Assembly (NCBI GenBank): GCA_036558545.1
Contig: DATBFJ010000027.1
Coordinates: forward strand, 946-64,945
Reading direction: 5' to 3'
Length of the DNA: 64,000 nt
From: Candidatus Limnocylindrales bacterium
Lineage (GTDB): Bacteria; Chloroflexota; Limnocylindria; Limnocylindrales; CSP1-4
Translations under genes and position numbers: made by a program
Shown: in pieces, positions 26,487 through 36,699 of the stretch
Numbering within the stretch: position 1 is the first letter of the stretch
Layout of the letters: every line of letters starts with the position of its first letter
The notes under the pieces: generated by a model
Seen by the model: only the letters and a program-made list of their open reading frames with translations
The model's database searches: none
Told to the model about the DNA's origin: nothing

Positions 26487-27890
26487 ATGGTCAGGCGACA
26501 TACAACGGCTCTTCGAGCGAGTCTGATAGCCGCCGATTTCCTCGGCGCGGCGGTGCTATTCGTGCTCGTATCGATCGCGCGCTACGGCCCAGAGTGGTTC
26601 AAGGCGTGGGATCGGCTGGGCGTCGATCCGCTCGTGGCCGCGGCGCTCTATGGTGCAGGCTGGACGACGCTTGTCGGGCTCCAGGGCCTCTATCGGGTCC
26701 GTGCTCGTTTCGCCGTCCGAAGCGAAGTGATCGCGCTGGCTCGCTCGGGACTCGTCCTCGGCGTCGGGATGATCGTCTTCCTGTATGTCGACCGGGTCTC
26801 CAATGCCAGCCGGCTGCTGATCGGCTCGCTGATCATCGCGACGGTGCTGGCCGGGATCGGCGCGCGACTTTCGCTCAGGACGGCACTCATCAGCTTGCGC
26901 CGGCACGGCTACCTGACGCGCTATGTGCTGGTGGCCGGCGCCGGTCCATACGCCGAGGAGTTCGCCGACTGGCTCGAGGACGCAGATGATCTGGGTCTCC
27001 AGGTGATCGGCCATCTGCAGGCGCCCACGGACGAGGACGGTGAGGTCCACCGACCGGTGCTCGGCATGCTCGACCAGATCGAGACGGTCCTGCACAGGGA
27101 AGTCGTCGATGAGGTCGCCATCTGCCTGCCGGTGAGTGCCTGGAACTTCGTGGAGCCGGTGACGCAGCTGTGCGCGAGCGAGGGCAAGATCGTGCGCATT
27201 CCCGCCGACGGCGGGCCACTCGTTCGCGGAAGCTACGTCGAAGACGTCGACGGCATCAAGATCGCGTCACTTGTCCACGGACCGGATCGGGCGCTCAGTC
27301 TCCTTGCCAAGCGCCTGCTCGACATCGGCGTCGCGTCGGTGGCGCTTGTGCTCGGCAGCCCGCTGATGGTCGGCGTCGCCCTGTACCTGCGGCGCCGGGA
27401 AGGGTCGCCCGTTATCTACCGCCAGACGCGCATTGGCCTCAACGGACGGCCGTTCGAGGTGTTGAAATTCAGGACGATGATCCGCGAGGCAGACAAGCAG
27501 ATCCGTCAGCTTGCCCTTTTCAACGAGGTGCGCGGGCGGGCGTTCAAGATTACCCACGACCCTCGGCTGACCCGGACAGGGTCCTTCCTGCGCCGGACGA
27601 GCATCGACGAGCTGCCCCAGCTGTGGAATGTGCTGCGCGGCGAAATGAGCCTCGTCGGCCCGCGCCCGCCGCTGCCTGAAGAAGTTGCCGGCTACGACGT
27701 CTGGCATCGACGCCGGCTGTCGATGAAGCCGGGAATCACCGGCTTGTGGCAGGTGAGCGCGCGTGACAATCCCGATTTCGATCAGTGGGTGGAACGCGAT
27801 CTCGAGTACATCGACCGCTGGTCGCTGTGGCTCGACGTGAAGATCATGGCGCGCACCGTGCCCGCCGTCGTTAACCAGCAAGGCCGCTGA
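26487..27890 (+). CDS. Polyprenyl-phosphate glycosyl-1-phosphate transferase (WbaP/EpsL-type priming enzyme)
   Basis: Four to five N-terminal TM helices. C-terminal bacterial sugar transferase domain: [65 protein letters not shown] upstream. Confidence 0.9.
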   Translation: MVRRHTTALRASLIAADFLGAAVLFVLVSIARYGPEWFKAWDRLGVDPLVAAALYGAGWTTLVGLQGLYRVRARFAVRSEVIALARSGLVLGVGMIVFLYVDRVSNASRLLIGSLIIATVLAGIGARLSLRTALISLRRHGYLTRYVLVAGAGPYAEEFADWLEDADDLGLQVIGHLQAPTDEDGEVHRPVLGMLDQIETVLHREVVDEVAICLPVSAWNFVEPVTQLCASEGKIVRIPADGGPLVRGSYVEDVDGIKIASLVHGPDRALSLLAKRLLDIGVASVALVLGSPLMVGVALYLRRREGSPVIYRQTRIGLNGRPFEVLKFRTMIREADKQIRQLALFNEVRGRAFKITHDPRLTRTGSFLRRTSIDELPQLWNVLRGEMSLVGPRPPLPEEVAGYDVWHRRRLSMKPGITGLWQVSARDNPDFDQWVERDLEYIDRWSLWLDVKIMARTVPAVVNQQGR

Positions 27891-27903
27891 CACTCGCCGT
27901 CGA

Positions 27904-29442
27904 ATGACGTCCGCGCCTCTTCCAGAGGGCCGTTTGCGGCTGGCCAGCTCTCGGCTGCGTGCCTTCGACCGCAGCGTGTGGCTGCCGCCCTTGATCGGCG
28001 CGGCCATCCTGCTCCTCATCTCGATAGTCGCGCTGGTCGCTCCAGCGGCGCTGCGCGGCTCTTCCGTGCTGGCCGCCGCGTGCGTCCTTTTCCTCCTCGC
28101 GTACGTTGCGTGGCCCAAGCCGACGCTGCTCGTCTTCGCGCTCTTCGTCCTCTTCTACCACACCATCGGCCGGTGGCTGACGCCCGACCTGCGCCACATC
28201 GACGAGATCCTCGTCCCTGTGTTGTTCGTGCTCGCTTTCCTGCGGACCAAGCCTTGGCGGCGCGGCGTGATTGAGCCGGTCCGCGAGGGATCACTCCTGG
28301 TGATGCTCGTCGCGGGCATCGGCAGCAGCCTCGTCAACGGCGTGCCTGCTTCCGTCTGGCTGCTCGGCCTGCTGCTGCTGTTCAAGATGTTCGCCTTCTT
28401 CTACATCGCCCTTTGGCACGACTTCAACGAGGCCGACGTCCGCCAGCTCTACCCGCTCGTGCTGGCGATCGGCATCGTCGTCATCGCATTGGTGCCGTTC
28501 GAAGTCGCCGACCCGGACCGCTTCCGCTCGATCCTGAACCTGAGCGACATTTCCACCCCGCGAGTTGGCCTGCCCAGCGTCAAATCCCTCTTCTTCCGGC
28601 CGATCCTGTTCTCGTGGTTCACCGCGTTCGTCGGTCTGTTTCTCGTGGCCGGATACGTGTACCTGCGTCGATGGTGGCTGCTCGTGGGCGCGGCGCTATT
28701 CGGTGCCGCCACGATTCTTTCGGGCCGGCGTCGCGCCATCAGCGGTGTGGCCGTCGCACTCATCGCAGGTGTTGCCGGGACCTGGGGGGCGAAGCACTCG
28801 TGGCGCGCCGCCTTGCGGTCGTGGTGGCCCGTCGCCGCGGGCTCACTGCTGCTCGGCATCCTGTTTCTGCCCTCTCTGATCGGCCTCGCGGACATGACCG
28901 TGGGGGCTGGCCCGGAACCGCCTGACGCGCGCGTGGCGCTTTACAGGACGTCCGTGTTGATCGCGCGCGACCGCTTCCCGTTTGGAGTCGGGCTCGGCCG
29001 CTACGGCAGTGGCACTTCACGCGATCCGTACAGCCCCGTCTACCACGAGTACGGCCTCGACCAGATCGACGGCCTCAGCCCACAGCACTCGGCGTTCATC
29101 AGCGACACGTTCTGGCCGCGCATCCTGGGCGAGACGGGCGTCATCGGGCTTGTCGCTCTGCTCGTCTTCACCGCGGTGCTGACGATCCAGATCTGGCGAG
29201 CGGCCCTCGCGAAGCACACGGATTTGCTCATCCGGGCGTTCCTGCTGGGCGCTTGGATGGTCTTTGTCCAGTCCCTGGTGGAGACGCTGGCGAGCTCGAT
29301 GTTCGACTCGCCGCCGCGGATCTACCTGCTCTTCGGCACGGTCGCGGTCGCGCTGGCGATCGCACGCAGGAGCCAGAGTCCAGCTTCAGTCGCCGGCACC
29401 GCGATCGCGGGTCACGCCGAGCGGAGTGGCGTCCAGCCGTAG
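27904..29442 (+). CDS. Wzy_C-domain membrane protein (O-antigen polymerase/ligase family), copy 1
   Basis: About 11 TM segments and a periplasmic loop with FISDTFWPRILGETGVIGLVALL, matching the Wzy_C signature (HN/S-x-[YF]-L-x-x-x-x-E-x-G-x-x-G). Confidence 0.7.
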   Translation: MTSAPLPEGRLRLASSRLRAFDRSVWLPPLIGAAILLLISIVALVAPAALRGSSVLAAACVLFLLAYVAWPKPTLLVFALFVLFYHTIGRWLTPDLRHIDEILVPVLFVLAFLRTKPWRRGVIEPVREGSLLVMLVAGIGSSLVNGVPASVWLLGLLLLFKMFAFFYIALWHDFNEADVRQLYPLVLAIGIVVIALVPFEVADPDRFRSILNLSDISTPRVGLPSVKSLFFRPILFSWFTAFVGLFLVAGYVYLRRWWLLVGAALFGAATILSGRRRAISGVAVALIAGVAGTWGAKHSWRAALRSWWPVAAGSLLLGILFLPSLIGLADMTVGAGPEPPDARVALYRTSVLIARDRFPFGVGLGRYGSGTSRDPYSPVYHEYGLDQIDGLSPQHSAFISDTFWPRILGETGVIGLVALLVFTAVLTIQIWRAALAKHTDLLIRAFLLGAWMVFVQSLVETLASSMFDSPPRIYLLFGTVAVALAIARRSQSPASVAGTAIAGHAERSGVQP

Positions 29443-30693
29443 CCGCCGGGCCGCGAAATACGTCGCGATGACGTTCAGGATCGTGATCGACACGACCGCA
29501 GCCACGCCCGCGCCAGCCGCGCCGAGCATGGGAATGAGCGCGATATCCAGGCTTATACGGACGACGACGGCAGTGCCTATCGCTGCGAAGTTCAAACCCT
29601 GGTAGCCGGTCATCGAAAGCAGCAGCCCACCGATGCCAAAGCCGCAGTCGATGACCTGGGCGAGAGCCAGGAGCGCCATCGTCTGGTTTGCCGCGCTGAA
29701 TTCTTGGCCGAAGAGCAGCAGGAACTGCGGGCCGAAGATCCAGAGCACGATCGCGACCGCGAGGGCAAAGGCAAACGCGCCACGCGCGGCGCGGGTCACG
29801 ACCACCTGCAGCCGCGCGGGCTCGTGCTGCTTCCATAGCTGCGCCGCGGTCGGCGCGAGGGTCGTGCTGACGGCCATTGCGCCGAAAGCGGCGAGACCGG
29901 CGCCGCGCGTAGCCACCGCGTACAGACCGGCGGGCGCGGCGCCGGCGATCCCGCCAACGAGCACCACATCGATCTGGTTCATGAGGGTCGTTGCGGCGGT
30001 CGATAGGGCGAACGGCAGCGCCTGGCTGAGCCAATGGCGGGTCTCGTACGTCGGCCTCGCCTGACGCATCGCCACCGGCATCTGGCGGCGCAGCAGGATG
30101 ACGCCGACAACAAGGGCGACGGCCACGGACGCGAGGTTGAGGGCCATCGCGCCGAGGGCGGTGAGTGCGATGCCGCTGGCGACCGCGAGCAGCAGCAGCA
30201 GTGTGAATAGCCCGGGGCGGATGAGCGCGTCGGGCAGCTGGCTGCTGACGATGTAGCGCAAGCCCTGGGTGATCGCTCGGCGCAACGTGATCAGCACCAG
30301 CAGCGGCACCATCAACAGCGCCAGCCACAGCACCGGCAGCGTGTCGGCCGGGAACGAGCCGAGCAGCAGTGCAGCAGATCCGACGACCATGATCGCCAGC
30401 AACGACACGGGGAAGACGATCTGGACTGCCCGCCGCGCGAGGCCCTGGGCGGGCTCCCAGGACGAGGTCGTGCCCGAAGCGGCGACGTCGCGGACGAGCA
30501 GCCGGTCGAAACCAAGGGTCAGCGGCACGGCCATCAGCAGGACGACTGCGATCGCGGCGGCGTAGACGCCGTAGCCGGATGCGCCGAGCAATCGGGCCAG
30601 CAGCACGCCATTGACGAACGCCAGCCCGGCAGAGGTGATCGTCAGGCCGAGGCTGCCGAAGATGCCGCGGACCAGGTGAGCGCGGAGGCTCAA
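29386..30693 (-). CDS. wzx: Wzx-type polysaccharide flippase (MOP superfamily)
   Basis: 12-14 TM segments. The N-terminus GSLGLTITSAGLAFVNGVLLARLLGASGYGVYAAA is typical of polysaccharide biosynthesis (Wzx) proteins. The 3' end overlaps the convergent gene by 57 nt. Confidence 0.75.
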   Translation of the reverse strand: MSLRAHLVRGIFGSLGLTITSAGLAFVNGVLLARLLGASGYGVYAAAIAVVLLMAVPLTLGFDRLLVRDVAASGTTSSWEPAQGLARRAVQIVFPVSLLAIMVVGSAALLLGSFPADTLPVLWLALLMVPLLVLITLRRAITQGLRYIVSSQLPDALIRPGLFTLLLLLAVASGIALTALGAMALNLASVAVALVVGVILLRRQMPVAMRQARPTYETRHWLSQALPFALSTAATTLMNQIDVVLVGGIAGAAPAGLYAVATRGAGLAAFGAMAVSTTLAPTAAQLWKQHEPARLQVVVTRAARGAFAFALAVAIVLWIFGPQFLLLFGQEFSAANQTMALLALAQVIDCGFGIGGLLLSMTGYQGLNFAAIGTAVVVRISLDIALIPMLGAAGAGVAAVVSITILNVIATYFAARRLRLDATPLGVTRDRGAGD

Positions 30694-30714
30694 CGTCCTA
30701 GGAAGCGCAAGTGT

Positions 30715-31806
30715 CTACTGGAGGGGTCCGAACCACTGCTGCATCAAGGCCCTCACAGTATCGATGTGGAGCTCCTGCTTGCTCGTGCCTGGCACGCTGA
30801 AGGCGTATGTCGAGGGCATCAGCACCGCCTGGTTGGGCATCGTCGCAGCGTCGAACAACTCGTACAGCGCAAGCACACTGGCGGGATCGGTCGGAAGGGT
30901 CGTGTAGAACTCATCCGGATTGCTCAGCGCGGCGAGACGCAGGTCCTCGAGGTTGGTGCCATTGCCGCGTGAAAGGACCCTCTGGATCGCGGCAAAGATG
31001 AAGCCCTGCTGGCGGCGCGCGCGGCGCCAGTCATTGTTGCCGGGGCCGTGCCGGCTGCGCACGTACAGCAGGGCGCGCGTGCAGCTGGGGGTGGCAGTCC
31101 AGTTGATCGGATTGCCCACCGTGTAGCACAGCGGCGCGGATGTTCCCTTCATCAGGGTCGAATCGCTTTCGAGGAACTTGGCGCCGTGCTGACGGTCGGT
31201 CCGGTCGTCGACAATCGTCGGATCGTAGATGTTGTACGGCACGGCCACTGGCACCCCGCCGACCTCGTCGACGAGCCTGTCGACCCCGGTGAAGCGGATG
31301 TACGCGACGTAGTCGATCTCGATCCCGAACGTGTACTCGAAGGAAGTGCGCATGTGATCGAGCGCAAGCTCGCGCGTCCCGTAGGTCTGCTTGAAATACT
31401 TGAACAGGCCATTGATCTTGGCCTTGAACGTTTCGCCCGGTCCGATCGGGACATTGCCCACGTCGCGCGGCAGGCTCACGGCAGATATCTGCTTCTGGTT
31501 GTCAATCGTCAGCAACATCATCGCGTCGGTTCGCTCGCCCGTGCCCACCAGGCGCTCGCGCCAGTCCGAGCCGACCACGAGCACGGTCAGTCGTCCGTCG
31601 CTGCCCTTGTCGATGGAGCCCGGAACGAGCTGATGCAACGTTGCCGCAATCGGTTGGATGATGTTGTCGAGCAGCTCGATCCACGGACCGGGGGCGAAGC
31701 CGTCGGCAGCCGCTGCCTCCGGACCAACGAGGCCGCCGGGCCCGGCCACTATCGCGGCAAGAAGACAGGCCAGCAGCCAGTGTGGTCTTGGACGCGGCTG
31801 AGCCAT
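30715..31806 (-). CDS. LytR-CpsA-Psr (LCP) family glycopolymer phosphotransferase
   Basis: Signal/anchor helix, then ERTDAMMLLTIDNQKQISAVSLPRDV, IEIDYVAYIRFTGVDRLVDEVGGVPV and RSRHGPGNNDWRRARRQQ, which are the conserved LCP blocks. Confidence 0.85.
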   Translation of the reverse strand: MAQPRPRPHWLLACLLAAIVAGPGGLVGPEAAAADGFAPGPWIELLDNIIQPIAATLHQLVPGSIDKGSDGRLTVLVVGSDWRERLVGTGERTDAMMLLTIDNQKQISAVSLPRDVGNVPIGPGETFKAKINGLFKYFKQTYGTRELALDHMRTSFEYTFGIEIDYVAYIRFTGVDRLVDEVGGVPVAVPYNIYDPTIVDDRTDRQHGAKFLESDSTLMKGTSAPLCYTVGNPINWTATPSCTRALLYVRSRHGPGNNDWRRARRQQGFIFAAIQRVLSRGNGTNLEDLRLAALSNPDEFYTTLPTDPASVLALYELFDAATMPNQAVLMPSTYAFSVPGTSKQELHIDTVRALMQQWFGPLQ

Positions 31807-31862
31807 CGATCTCCTCGGGCGACGAAGCTATTACGGACGATAGTCCGCCAGCGATCAGGCGA

Positions 31863-32687
31863 TCAACCGACTTTCGAGGAAGCGCCTTCGTCCTGCGCCG
31901 CGGATCTGCGCCGACGCAGTCGCTCGCGCAGCATCCAGCCGAAGAACGGCGGGTCGTCGATGAAAACGCGCCGGCCGATTCGTCGCGGGTCGCGCACCAT
32001 GCGAAAAGCCCACTCCAATCCGATGCGCGTCATCCAGCTCGGTGCCGCTGGAACGCGACCGCCAAGGATGTCGATGGTCTGGCCGAGGCCTAACATCACG
32101 GTCTGAGGCAGGTCGGCCTGGTGACGCGCCATCCAGCGCTCCTGCTTGGGCGCGCCGAGGCCCACGATCAGGATGCTCGGGCGCGCCTCCACGAGCTGTG
32201 CGACGGCGGCAGCGTCGCTCGCGCCGCCGATCTCGAATCCCATCGGAGCGCTGACGGCAGCCACGACCTTGCCGCCCATCCGCTCGAGAACCTTTGCCGC
32301 GATCTGAGGAGCGTCGTCACGTCCGCCGATGAGCGCAATCGGCACGTCCGCGCCGCCTCTTGCGACGAGGGCTTCGGGGAGGAGGCGGCCCGTAACGCGG
32401 CCCTTGAAGGGCGTGCCCGCCAGGCGCGCGCCATAGATCAGGCCCATTCCGTCGGGCACGCGCAGACGTGCGCCGCGCATCAAGTTTCGAAAATGGATGT
32501 CACGCTTGGCGCGCACCAGGTGATCGACGTTCGGCGTGGAGACGTATCCGCCGCTGCCGTCCCGCGCCCAGGCCAGGATCAGGTCCACAGCCTCGTCAAA
32601 GGTCACGTCGTGAATGGCCACGCCGGCTTCCCTGATCGGAATCTGGCGCACAGGCAAGGCATCCGAGTTCGTTGAAATGCTGGTCAA
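31863..32687 (-). CDS. WecB/TagA/CpsF family glycosyltransferase (GT26)
   Basis: YVSTPNVDHLV, RLRVPDGMGLIYGARL and VGLGAPKQERWM are conserved GT26 motifs. Confidence 0.85.
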   Translation of the reverse strand: MTSISTNSDALPVRQIPIREAGVAIHDVTFDEAVDLILAWARDGSGGYVSTPNVDHLVRAKRDIHFRNLMRGARLRVPDGMGLIYGARLAGTPFKGRVTGRLLPEALVARGGADVPIALIGGRDDAPQIAAKVLERMGGKVVAAVSAPMGFEIGGASDAAAVAQLVEARPSILIVGLGAPKQERWMARHQADLPQTVMLGLGQTIDILGGRVPAAPSWMTRIGLEWAFRMVRDPRRIGRRVFIDDPPFFGWMLRERLRRRRSAAQDEGASSKVG

Positions 32688-32749
32688 ACCCTCCGCGTTC
32701 CTAGACTAGGCGAAATGGCGGCTCCCCAGTCCTGACGAGCGGCCGCGAG

Positions 32750-34504
32750 ATGTCAGTTCAGTCAGCAAAGGTCGAGCCGCTTGCCGTGGAGCGGCCCGAC
32801 ATCCGGCGATCCTCAGTGCTCCAGCGCATCAGCTGGATGCTGCTGCTCGGGACGCTCGTCCTGCTGCCTTACGAATACTGGCTGCCACAGCTGGCTGTTG
32901 GCCGGTTCACCGTCACGACATTGGAAGCCGTCTGGGGGCTGGCGCTCGCAAGCTGGCTCGCTGGCCTACTGGTCGAACGTCGGTCGCCGCATATCCCGAT
33001 GGCCATCCTGGGCGGTATCAGCGTCATGCTCCTGGTCGGTCTCGCGTCCGCCGCGCTCGCGGATGGCGACAACGCCGACGCCACGGTGTTCGTTGGCCGG
33101 AGCGCGGCGGGCTGGTTGCTGTTCATGAGTGCCGCCGACCAGGCAGTCGCCCGGCGCAACGTCAGGCAGCCGCTCGTGGCCATCGTCGTCGGCGCATCCG
33201 TATCCGCGGCGATCGGCCTGGTCCTGTTCGCCAGTCCCACGCTGCGCCAGGCGCTCCACGTGCACGAGTTTGCCGCTGCCGGAGCGCCGCGACTCGACGG
33301 CACGTACGACTATCCGAATACCGCCGCCATGGCCTGGGAGGCGGCCGCGCTGCTGGCCGTGTCGCTCGTCGCAATGGAGACGCGACGAGCGCTGGCCGCG
33401 CTCTGGTTGGGATGCGTTGCGGTGATGGTCGGTGCGATGGTCCTGACCCTCAGCCGTGGCGCGACCGCAGGCGCCGCGATCGGGATGGTCGCCGTGGCCG
33501 TCGTGGCACTGCTGGCGGGCCGCCGGCGCCTTGGCGTTGGAATACTTGGCGCCGCCGCCGTGCTGGTCATAGCCACGCTGCTGATCGAGATAGCCGTGGC
33601 ACCGATCGCCCGCCTCTTCACCGACGCCGAGGCCGGCCTGTACAACGCGACCTATCAGGCCCCGGCCAGTGCGACTTTGAACCAGGGAGCAGCGACCGTC
33701 GAGGTGCAGGTGACCAATACCGGCACGCTGACCTGGAACGATGCCGGCCAGAGTGATTACAGCCTTGGCTACCACTGGCTCATTCCGGAAACGGGCGAGA
33801 TCGTTGCTGACGGCGCCGATCTCACGCCACTGGGAACAGTGGCACCCGGCCAGACAACCACCGTCGAGGCAGTCATCCACGGGCCGGACTCAGCGAGCGG
33901 CTACCAGGTCGGTTGGGACGTGACGCGCGATGCGTCGGGCTGGTTTTCCATTCGCGGTGTGCCGATGGTTGAGACCGCGATCCAGCTCGGCCTGCCCGGT
34001 GGCACCGGCTCGCTGGGCAGTTACGCCGCCGTTGAGCCGCTGGTACCGCCGCGCGAGGATCTTTGGAAGGCTGCGATCGCGATGATCTCGGAGCGGCCGC
34101 TGCTCGGGGTTGGGCCGGGGACGTACCGGCTGCGATACGGCAGCTATCTCGGCATGGCAACCTGGGATGAGCGCGCATATGCCCACAACGTCTACCTCGA
34201 GATCGGCGCGACGACGGGGATTGTTGGATTGTTGGCATTCCTGTTCGTGGTCGGACTTGCCATTGCGCCGCTGGTTCGGTCTCTCGCGCGCCGAAGGAGA
34301 GTCGAACCAGACCCGTTATTTCCCGAGCCACGGACGTGGATCGCGCTTGGCGCCATCCTTGCAGCCGTGATCGCGTTCCTTGGCCACGGCCTGTTCGACT
34401 ACTTCTTCGGCTTCAACCCGATCAACGGCCTGTGGTGGGCGACCGTCGCTCTGGCATTGGCGGCACCGCTCGTTGTACTGCCACGACTCGACGAGACAAC
34501 GTGA
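32750..34504 (+). CDS. Wzy_C-domain membrane protein (O-antigen ligase/polymerase family), copy 2, with inserted beta-sandwich-like extracytoplasmic domain
   Basis: Multiple TM helices and the strong Wzy_C signature AYAHNVYLEIGATTGIVGLLAFLF. A ~110-aa soluble insertion (about 33650-33960; ATVEVQVTNTGTLTWNDAG..YSLGYHW..LGTVAPGQTTTVEAVIHGP..GYQVGWDV) resembles CARDB/NBR1-type Ig-like folds. Confidence 0.75.
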   Translation: MSVQSAKVEPLAVERPDIRRSSVLQRISWMLLLGTLVLLPYEYWLPQLAVGRFTVTTLEAVWGLALASWLAGLLVERRSPHIPMAILGGISVMLLVGLASAALADGDNADATVFVGRSAAGWLLFMSAADQAVARRNVRQPLVAIVVGASVSAAIGLVLFASPTLRQALHVHEFAAAGAPRLDGTYDYPNTAAMAWEAAALLAVSLVAMETRRALAALWLGCVAVMVGAMVLTLSRGATAGAAIGMVAVAVVALLAGRRRLGVGILGAAAVLVIATLLIEIAVAPIARLFTDAEAGLYNATYQAPASATLNQGAATVEVQVTNTGTLTWNDAGQSDYSLGYHWLIPETGEIVADGADLTPLGTVAPGQTTTVEAVIHGPDSASGYQVGWDVTRDASGWFSIRGVPMVETAIQLGLPGGTGSLGSYAAVEPLVPPREDLWKAAIAMISERPLLGVGPGTYRLRYGSYLGMATWDERAYAHNVYLEIGATTGIVGLLAFLFVVGLAIAPLVRSLARRRRVEPDPLFPEPRTWIALGAILAAVIAFLGHGLFDYFFGFNPINGLWWATVALALAAPLVVLPRLDETT

Positions 34505-35616
34505 AGGTCGCCTTCGACGCCACTCCGCTCGCGACACGCGGCGCGGGAGTCACGCACTTCACGCTCGAGCTGCTCCGCGCGCTGCGCGACAACGCGCCAA
34601 GCGTCCAGCTCGCGCTCATGCTCAATCGCCCGATCACAAATTCGGCGCTGGCGGCCGAGTTCAACTCGGTGCCCAGGGTACAAACGCCGACTCTTGTCAG
34701 CCGACAGGCGTGGCTGCAGACCGCGCTGCCGCTGGCCCTCGCGCGCCACAGGGTCGATGTGTGCCATTTCACGAACTTCGACGCGCCGCTGCTCGGCCGA
34801 ACTCCGACAGTGGTCGCGATCCACGACACCTCGCTGCTGACCACCCCTGAGCAACATCCGCGGCGGCGCGTCATCGTGCTCGGTCCGATCATGCGCCGCG
34901 CCGCGGGCGCGGCGCGCGCCGTCGTCTGCCCGACCGAGAGCGCTCGCCGCGACGCGATAGAGGCACTCGGCCTGAATCCGGAGAAGGTGCATGTCATTCC
35001 CGCCATTGCAGCGCCGCGCTTCCGACCGATCCACGACCCTTCGGCCGTACAGGCGGCATGTGCCAGATACGGGCTGCAGCCCGGGTTCATCCTCTTCCTG
35101 GGCACCATCGAGCCGCGCAAGAACCTCGTCCGCCTTGCGCGGGCATACGCCCAGCTGAGGCGCGAGGGCTTCGACAACAAGCTGGTGATGTGTGGCAGCT
35201 GGGGCTGGAAATCGGACGATCTTCGCCCGGAGATCGAGGCGCTTGGCATTGCCGAGGATGTCGTGTTCACCGGATATGTGCCAGACCAGCGCGTGGTTGA
35301 GCTGATCAACGGCGCGGGCGTCTTCGCGTATCCCTCGCTCTACGAGGGTTTCGGCCTGCCGATCGTCGAGGCGCTCGCCTGCGGCGTGCCTGTGGTCACC
35401 TCAGACCGTGGCGCCACGGCCGAGGTCGCGCGCAGTGCCGCCGTGCTGGTCGACCCGACGAGCGACGACGCGATCGCTGAGGGTCTGCGCCGCGCTCTGG
35501 ATCCAACGGGACATGACCATCTCCGGGCCGCTGGCCTGGAGCGCGCGGCCATGTTCAGTCGGCCCAATGCCGCGCTCCAGGCCGTCCGCGTCTACGAGGC
35601 CGCCATCGCGGGCTAG
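34501..35616 (+). CDS. Glycosyltransferase, GT4 family
   Basis: VKVAFDATPLATRGAGVTHF N-terminus and YEGFGLPIVEALACGVPVVTS (E-x7-E). GTG 34501 overlaps the upstream stop (GTGA). Confidence 0.8.
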   Translation: MKVAFDATPLATRGAGVTHFTLELLRALRDNAPSVQLALMLNRPITNSALAAEFNSVPRVQTPTLVSRQAWLQTALPLALARHRVDVCHFTNFDAPLLGRTPTVVAIHDTSLLTTPEQHPRRRVIVLGPIMRRAAGAARAVVCPTESARRDAIEALGLNPEKVHVIPAIAAPRFRPIHDPSAVQAACARYGLQPGFILFLGTIEPRKNLVRLARAYAQLRREGFDNKLVMCGSWGWKSDDLRPEIEALGIAEDVVFTGYVPDQRVVELINGAGVFAYPSLYEGFGLPIVEALACGVPVVTSDRGATAEVARSAAVLVDPTSDDAIAEGLRRALDPTGHDHLRAAGLERAAMFSRPNAALQAVRVYEAAIAG

Positions 35617-35640
35617 GCCGTGGCATCCCGCGCGGAAGGC

Positions 35641-36561
35641 TCAGCGGCTCCAGGCGGACAGGTCGCGGCCAATCAGTGCGCCCAGCTCCGCAACCTGTGG
35701 CGCGAATTCGGCCGTGAGCTGGGCGCGCAGCTCGGGATCCATCTTCGCTCGCTCGGTCGTGGTGCTGTTGACGCTGACGAGGGCGTCACGGACTCGGTGC
35801 ATGACGGGCACGCTGCGCAGCCGGCCGACCACCTTCTTCATCGGCCCACGCGGCGCGAAGATCATCTTCTGGACAGCGCCTGAGCGTGGCTTCTTGTTCG
35901 GGTTGTAGACGGATAGATCGACCTCGAAGGTCGGATCCGCACCGAGAAACTCCAGCGTAGACCGATACACGGCGCGGGGATCGGCAACCAGGTCGTCGAA
36001 GACAATGACATGAACCGACCTCCGACCCAGAACGTCGAAGTAACGCGCAACCTGATCCGGAAAGTTGACACTGTGGCGGTAGTACAGCGCCTCGGGTCGA
36101 ATCGCATCGGCGGGTAGTCGGTGGCCCGCCATCCGGTCGTCTTCGGCGGCGAGCGCTTGCGTGAAGTCGGTCAGATCCTCGCGCTGGTTGAACACCAGCT
36201 GGCTGTGCTGGCTGTACATCACGTCGACGGGGTTGCGCAGCATGACGATCGCCTTGGCGGCCGGGTCGAAGTCGCGGATCTCCTGTGCCGCCGTCTTCGA
36301 ATACAGGTACCAGGGCGAGGCCTCGCCCGCGTGCTGGTCGTCGCGAGCGTCATGGAACAGGGCAAGGTACTCATCAAGGGTCATCCGCCGGTAGCGCGGC
36401 GTCAGATCCTGGCCGAAGTACATCGGCTCCTTCGGGATACTCATGAAGATCTGGGGATGGGCGCGCAGGTATTCGTAGAGCGCGGTCGTGCCTGCCTTGA
36501 ACGCCCCGACGATGAAGAATTCCGGCCTCCTCATCGGCTTATTCGGTCGATTGGACGACAT
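35641..36561 (-). CDS. PAPS-dependent sulfotransferase (paralog group A)
   Basis: FFIVGAFKAGTTALYEYLRAHPQIFMS and LRNPVDVMYSQH. Tandem with its closest paralog at 36700-37662. Confidence 0.85.
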   Translation of the reverse strand: MSSNRPNKPMRRPEFFIVGAFKAGTTALYEYLRAHPQIFMSIPKEPMYFGQDLTPRYRRMTLDEYLALFHDARDDQHAGEASPWYLYSKTAAQEIRDFDPAAKAIVMLRNPVDVMYSQHSQLVFNQREDLTDFTQALAAEDDRMAGHRLPADAIRPEALYYRHSVNFPDQVARYFDVLGRRSVHVIVFDDLVADPRAVYRSTLEFLGADPTFEVDLSVYNPNKKPRSGAVQKMIFAPRGPMKKVVGRLRSVPVMHRVRDALVSVNSTTTERAKMDPELRAQLTAEFAPQVAELGALIGRDLSAWSR

Positions 36562-36699
36562 AGATCCGCGGTTTTCGCGAAGACGTCCTCTTGTGACTCG
36601 GTGGGACGAGATAGATCCACCCGGCAGAAGACACGGGCCTCTGACATGAACGGCGGACGCATCTCGTCTATTCCACGCAAAACAGGCGCGACACGCCCG

